From the NCBI GenBank assembly GCA_963827235.1, contig CAWHAE010000017.1:1-64000 (forward strand): 64,000 bases of DNA, read 5' to 3'. Shown piece after piece: positions 59,570-64,000 of the stretch. The position numbers and the translations under genes were made by a program. Within the stretch, counting starts at the first letter, position 1. The number at the start of each line of letters is the position of its first letter. A model generated the notes under the pieces. It searched no databases. It had not been told where the DNA came from and worked only from the letters and a program-made list of their open reading frames with translations. The DNA comes from an uncultured bacterium. GTDB lineage: Bacteria > Chloroflexota > UBA5177 > JANWHV01.

Positions 59570-59774
59570 TGGCCACTACTCCAGGATGCGCTGTCGGGAC
59601 TGATGCATGCTGTAGGGTCGGGAAAGTGCTGCTGTGCCGGGGCACCCTGATGTCGCGGTATCAGGGACGCGCTCGGGCACGTGTCTCTTGAAGAGCGATC
59701 ATATTGGCGGGTGGCATGCTGCAAGGGCGGGGACGCTCACTGAACTGCGTGGGGAGTGGGAGACCAGCGTGGAT

Positions 59775-61076
59775 ATGAATGCTCATGTTGTTGACCAGCT
59801 GTCGGTCGATTTGTCCGCGCCCGGCGGTCCTCCCACGTATCAGGCGTCGGGATTCATTTACGGGCTCTCCCCGGACGCCACCACGCCCTTCCAGGAGATG
59901 TTGACGGACATCAAGGTGCGGTTTCTGCGCGCGGGGGGGTCCCAAATTGGCGCGCCCCTTGGCGGGTGGATCAATGGCCGATATGAAGACCGGCTGAGCG
60001 TAGTGAGAGCCTATCATGCCAAGGCCATGGCGATCGGGGCGTCGTTCATCCTGCTGCTGCCCGGATTGTGGGGAGCGGACGGGGTGTGCGACGTGTTGCG
60101 TTACCCCGGCGACGATGACGAGTGGTCCGAGTTCTCGACGTTCCTAGGCACGGTGATCCGCAACGCGATCGCCTACGGTCTGGTAGGGCCGTCGGTGCAG
60201 TGGGAGATCTGGAACGAGCCGGATCTCGAGGTGTTTTGGCCCCGCGGTCAGCAGCAGTATCTGGAGCTGTGGCGGCGCGCGTTCAAGCAGATCCGTGCTG
60301 CCCTTCCCCACGCAATCATTACCGGGCCCTCGTTGTCCCGCTATCCGCACGAGGGGAATAACTGGTGGACCTCCTATCTGGACTTCGTGCGGGACAACGC
60401 GGTCGCGCCAGACATCGTCAGCCTGCACGAAGAGGAGGGCAAAGGCGGCGATCCGGTCGCCGATAGGCGTCTCGTGGATGCGATGCTGGCCGCGCGGGGG
60501 ATTACGGTCGGGCGGCGGAACGTCAACGAGTACGGCACTGCCGGCGCGGAGCAGCAACCCGGTCCATCGGCCTGGTACATCGCGCGCCTCGAGCGTGCCG
60601 ATATGGACGGGCTACGCGGCAACTGGGGCATGGTGGGCCAGAGGCTCTCTTTGTATGCCACTATGGGCGGGCTGGTCACGGCGGAGAACCGGCCGATGGG
60701 CGCCTGGTGGGTGTACAAGCGCTACGCCGACCAAACGGGCCGGCGGGTCGGCGTGACGCCGGGCTCCCGCGTGGACGCCGTGGCTTGCGCTGATGAAGGG
60801 AAGGGCCAGGCCCGGGTGCTGCTAGGGAACAAGGCGGGCGCTACCGGAGGAGCGGTGATGGTGCACTTCGAGAACCTTCCTGCTTATCTGCAGGCGCAAG
60901 GTGCAGTGAGGGTCGCAGTGGAGCGCATACCCGCGAGCAGCGAGGAAGTAGGCGGGCCGGCAGTCGTGTCACAGGCGGTGGCACCGGCACCGGGCGGGTC
61001 ACTCGTGGTCACGCTTGACTGGGCCAGTCCGCTAGATGCCTTCGCAGTGACACTGTCGCGTTCGTCAGCCGGGTGA
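59775..61076 (+). CDS. GH39-like (clan GH-A) glycoside hydrolase
   Basis: ASGFIYG, WEIWNEPD, TGPS, SLH, NVNEYG. Confidence 0.75.
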   Translation: MNAHVVDQLSVDLSAPGGPPTYQASGFIYGLSPDATTPFQEMLTDIKVRFLRAGGSQIGAPLGGWINGRYEDRLSVVRAYHAKAMAIGASFILLLPGLWGADGVCDVLRYPGDDDEWSEFSTFLGTVIRNAIAYGLVGPSVQWEIWNEPDLEVFWPRGQQQYLELWRRAFKQIRAALPHAIITGPSLSRYPHEGNNWWTSYLDFVRDNAVAPDIVSLHEEEGKGGDPVADRRLVDAMLAARGITVGRRNVNEYGTAGAEQQPGPSAWYIARLERADMDGLRGNWGMVGQRLSLYATMGGLVTAENRPMGAWWVYKRYADQTGRRVGVTPGSRVDAVACADEGKGQARVLLGNKAGATGGAVMVHFENLPAYLQAQGAVRVAVERIPASSEEVGGPAVVSQAVAPAPGGSLVVTLDWASPLDAFAVTLSRSSAG

Positions 61077-61123
61077 CGGCTGAGGGTCATGGCGATGGAG
61101 AAGCAACAAGAGGAGAGGTAAGT

Positions 61124-62650
61124 GTGACCGACTCCATCGACGTGGCAGCTGACGCGGGCGCGGCGGGCAAGCCGTTCGCTCATCACTGGCGTACCTGCGT
61201 CGGGGCAGGGCGCGTGGCGGAAGGATTGCGTGCCGACTTCCAACACCACCTCGAAATGGTGCAGCGCGATATACCGTTCCTTTATCTGCGCGCACACGGC
61301 CTGTTTCACGAGGACATGATGGTGTATCGCGAGGAAGGCGGGCAGCCAGTCTTCAACTGGCAGTACGTTGACCTCGTCTACGACCACTGGCTCTCTTGCG
61401 CGATCCGGCCGTTTGTCGAGCTGAGCTTCATGCCGTATGACCTGGCGAGCGGTACGGATACCGTCTTCTGGTGGAAGGCCAATATCACGCCGCCACGAGA
61501 CTATGCCCACTGGGAGCTACTCGTCGAGCAGTTCCTGCGCCACGTGATCGATCGCTACGGCATCGCTGAGGTGCGCCGCTGGTACTTCGAGGTCTGGAAC
61601 GAGCCGAATCTCACCGTGTTCTGGCGCGATGCCGACTTCGAAGCCTACATGCAGCTCTACGAGCGGACGGCTCGTGTCCTCAAGCGCATCGACGCCGGCC
61701 TGCGTGTGGGAGGGCCAGCCTCGGCCGGCTCCGGGCCGCATCCTGGCGTGCCGCCCTGGGGTATCGAGTTTCTTGCCGCGTGCCGCGACCGGTCTCTGCC
61801 GCTGGACTTCTTCTCCACACATCCTTACCCCACCGAACATCCTGTCGATCTAGAGAGCAAGGGTTACATGATCTGGGCAGGTTCCGAGCGGCTGCTCGTT
61901 GACCTCGAGGGGGCGCGTGCCGTGCTGGACGGAGCCGGCTACCGCGCCTTGGAGCGTCATTGCACCGAGTGGAGCAGCAGCCCGAGTCCGCGCGACATCA
62001 GCCACGATACCGCCTACATGGCTGCCTTCGTTGTGCGCAACAACTGGCTGGCCCGCGGATTGGCCGATTCGCTGTCTTACTGGACGCTGAGCGACATCTT
62101 CGAAGAAGGCCGCCTGGGCGACACGCCGTTTCACGGCGGCTTCGGCCTCGTGAACGTACAAGGGCTCAGGAAGCCCTCGTTCCACGGCTACCGGTTCCTG
62201 TCGCGCCTCGGCGAAGAGGAGCTGGCCGATGGTGACTCATACGCCGTAACGCGGCGTGCTGATGGCTCGCTCGCCATTCTGCTCTGGAACTACTGTCACT
62301 ACGACAGCGCGCATAACGATAGCCGGGCCATTGACCGCGCCCAAGGCGCGCGGGTCTACGATCTCTTCGAGCAGAAACCGGCCCGGCCGTTCCTGCTGCG
62401 CTGTTCTGGGCTCGACGGAACTCTGCGCATGCAGACCACGCGCTTCGACCGCCACCACGGGAGCGTCTACGACGCCTGGCTGGACATGGGCGCTCCCTCC
62501 CACATCCGGCCGGCCGATCTCGCGGCGCTCAAAGCCGCAATGGAGCCCGAGATCAGCGTTCAGCGGACGCGTCCTCACGACGGTATCCTGGTCCTGCCGT
62601 GTATGGTCGAGCCGCATGGCGTCACGCTACTGGAGATCAGCAAGGAATGA
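61124..62650 (+). CDS. GH39 beta-xylosidase
   Basis: YLRAHGLF, PFVELSFMP, FEVWNEPNL, VGGPA, STHPY, TEWSS, SDIFEE, FHGGFGL. Confidence 0.93.
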   Translation: MTDSIDVAADAGAAGKPFAHHWRTCVGAGRVAEGLRADFQHHLEMVQRDIPFLYLRAHGLFHEDMMVYREEGGQPVFNWQYVDLVYDHWLSCAIRPFVELSFMPYDLASGTDTVFWWKANITPPRDYAHWELLVEQFLRHVIDRYGIAEVRRWYFEVWNEPNLTVFWRDADFEAYMQLYERTARVLKRIDAGLRVGGPASAGSGPHPGVPPWGIEFLAACRDRSLPLDFFSTHPYPTEHPVDLESKGYMIWAGSERLLVDLEGARAVLDGAGYRALERHCTEWSSSPSPRDISHDTAYMAAFVVRNNWLARGLADSLSYWTLSDIFEEGRLGDTPFHGGFGLVNVQGLRKPSFHGYRFLSRLGEEELADGDSYAVTRRADGSLAILLWNYCHYDSAHNDSRAIDRAQGARVYDLFEQKPARPFLLRCSGLDGTLRMQTTRFDRHHGSVYDAWLDMGAPSHIRPADLAALKAAMEPEISVQRTRPHDGILVLPCMVEPHGVTLLEISKE

Positions 62651-63321
62651 CTCGGACAGCGTGCAAGTCGGCAATGGCCAGCCAGCGCCTGAGTCTGGTA
62701 GCCTGACAACCGCGTGTCGTTCGCGTGGCCGGCGGGAGCCCGATGGTGCCTGAGCGCCAGCAAGCCCACTGCCGGGAATACGCCCCCGGCATCCCGGTCG
62801 CGTTGATTCCGGCTCGCCGGTGTTCGGCTCTGTTGCTGATCGTCGTGGTGGCTCTTCAGCCTGCCGCGATCGGCTATGGGGCGGCTTCCGACGCGACCCT
62901 CATCCGGGTGTGGCTCACGATGAAGTCGGCGTACGGCAGGGCATCGCTGCTGGGAACATAGCTATTCGGAACACAGCTATTCATTGTAGTACCGATTCAG
63001 TGGCGGCGCCTTGGGCGCCTCGGTGGCCGGCACGGGAGCCGAGCCTATGCGGGTTCCATGCGGCACATAGTCCACCCAGCTGGCGAGCGGTATCGAGCCA
63101 GCCTGACAAAGAATAACAGCGTGTCCTTGGCCGTACGGTCGTGGTACGCAAGTCCTTGAGGGAAGGCATAGGACCTTCCCAGCATCAGCAAGGTGAGCTC
63201 TGCCCCTCCGGCCAGTCGTCCGGCAAGCACTACAGCTTGGCAGACGGCGTGCACCAGCCATACACTGGAGTCGTCATGAGCTGCCTTGCGGTCAGAGCAA
63301 GCAGCTTGGAGGAAAGCGCGC

Positions 63322-64000
63322 ATGGCTGCTGAGCAGAGAGTGGAGTTTGGCTGGCGTGTGCCAGAGTTCCCAACCGACACGACGCGGGGCCACGCCTTCA
63401 TGGTCCAGGTCGGGGAGCATCTTGCCGCCGCCGAGGACGGTGGCTTTGCCAGCGCGTGGGTGGCCGATCATTTCGTGCCCTTTCCGGCATGGCAAGACGT
63501 GGAGACGGACAACGTGGAGTGCTGGACCACGCTCACTTATCTGGCCGCGCGTTTCCAGCGCCTGACCTGGGGCAGTATCGTGCTTAGCCAGTCCTTTCGC
63601 AATCCTGCATTGCTGGCCAAGATGGCAGCGACCCTCTGCGCGCTGGCACCGGGCCGCTTGGTGCTGGGCCTCGGTGCCGGCTGGAAAGAGGAAGAGTATC
63701 ATGCCTACGGCTACCCGTTTCCGCCCATTCGGACGCGTATCATCCAGCTTGCAGAGACGGTGGAGATCGTGCGGAGGCTGTGGACGACGGCAGGAGCGGT
63801 GACGTATGAGGGTCAGCGCTATGCGATCCGTGACGCGCATTTGCAGCCGAAGCCCGATCCGCTACCGCCAATCATGATTGGCGGTAGCGGCGAACGACTG
63901 ATGCTCCGCCTGATTGCCGAGCACGCAGACTGGTACAATCTGCCGGGCGGGTCGTTGGAGATATACAAACACAAGCTCGAAGTACTGGCCCAGCACTGTG
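63322..64000 (+). CDS. LLM-class flavin-dependent oxidoreductase, runs off the window end
   Basis: GGAGG RBS; WVADHF, ECWTTL, FRNPALLAKMAATL, LGLGAGW, IMIGGSGE; absent from the ORF track because it has no stop in the window. Confidence 0.9.
   Translation, partial: MAAEQRVEFGWRVPEFPTDTTRGHAFMVQVGEHLAAAEDGGFASAWVADHFVPFPAWQDVETDNVECWTTLTYLAARFQRLTWGSIVLSQSFRNPALLAKMAATLCALAPGRLVLGLGAGWKEEEYHAYGYPFPPIRTRIIQLAETVEIVRRLWTTAGAVTYEGQRYAIRDAHLQPKPDPLPPIMIGGSGERLMLRLIAEHADWYNLPGGSLEIYKHKLEVLAQHC

Noticed and set aside
62745-63300. Additional glycosidase gene downstream of GH39
   Set aside because: Only a short signal-peptide-like stretch followed by stops; no catalytic motif is visible.

Overview
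High-GC bacterial DNA, plausibly soil Chloroflexota or similar (inferred from gene style, F420-type LLM enzymes and IS types; unverified). It reads like part of a megaplasmid, chromid or integrated plasmid. (1) 1-4.8 kb is a putative replicon module: a candidate structured RNA plus terminator, an Rv1830/McdR-like MerR regulator with a palindromic operator, an unclassified double winged-helix Rep-like gene, six 23-bp iteron-like repeats, a MazEF-type toxin-antitoxin pair and an Smr protein. (2) 6-25 kb holds secreted and redox proteins and a LacI-associated catabolic cluster (PLP aldolase, creatininase, Dpp-type ABC, CoA transferase, MaoC, SDR, ALDH, LLM). (3) 25.7-42.4 kb is a deletion-scarred accessory zone with an intact IS66-family element (8-bp TSD), a tyrosine recombinase with an adjacent dif-like 11-6-11 site, and many gene fragments (tyrosinase, V4R, ISL3, PadR, flagellin, GNAT, IS integrase, DUF499, histidine kinase). 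(4) 42.5-62.7 kb is a glycan-utilisation locus (GH51 remnant, GH95, GH30, GH3, two GH39-like, sugar ABC, TIM-barrel isomerases, URO-D-like proteins). Several single-base frameshifts could be sequencing indels. All family calls come from motif recognition by eye, not database searches.
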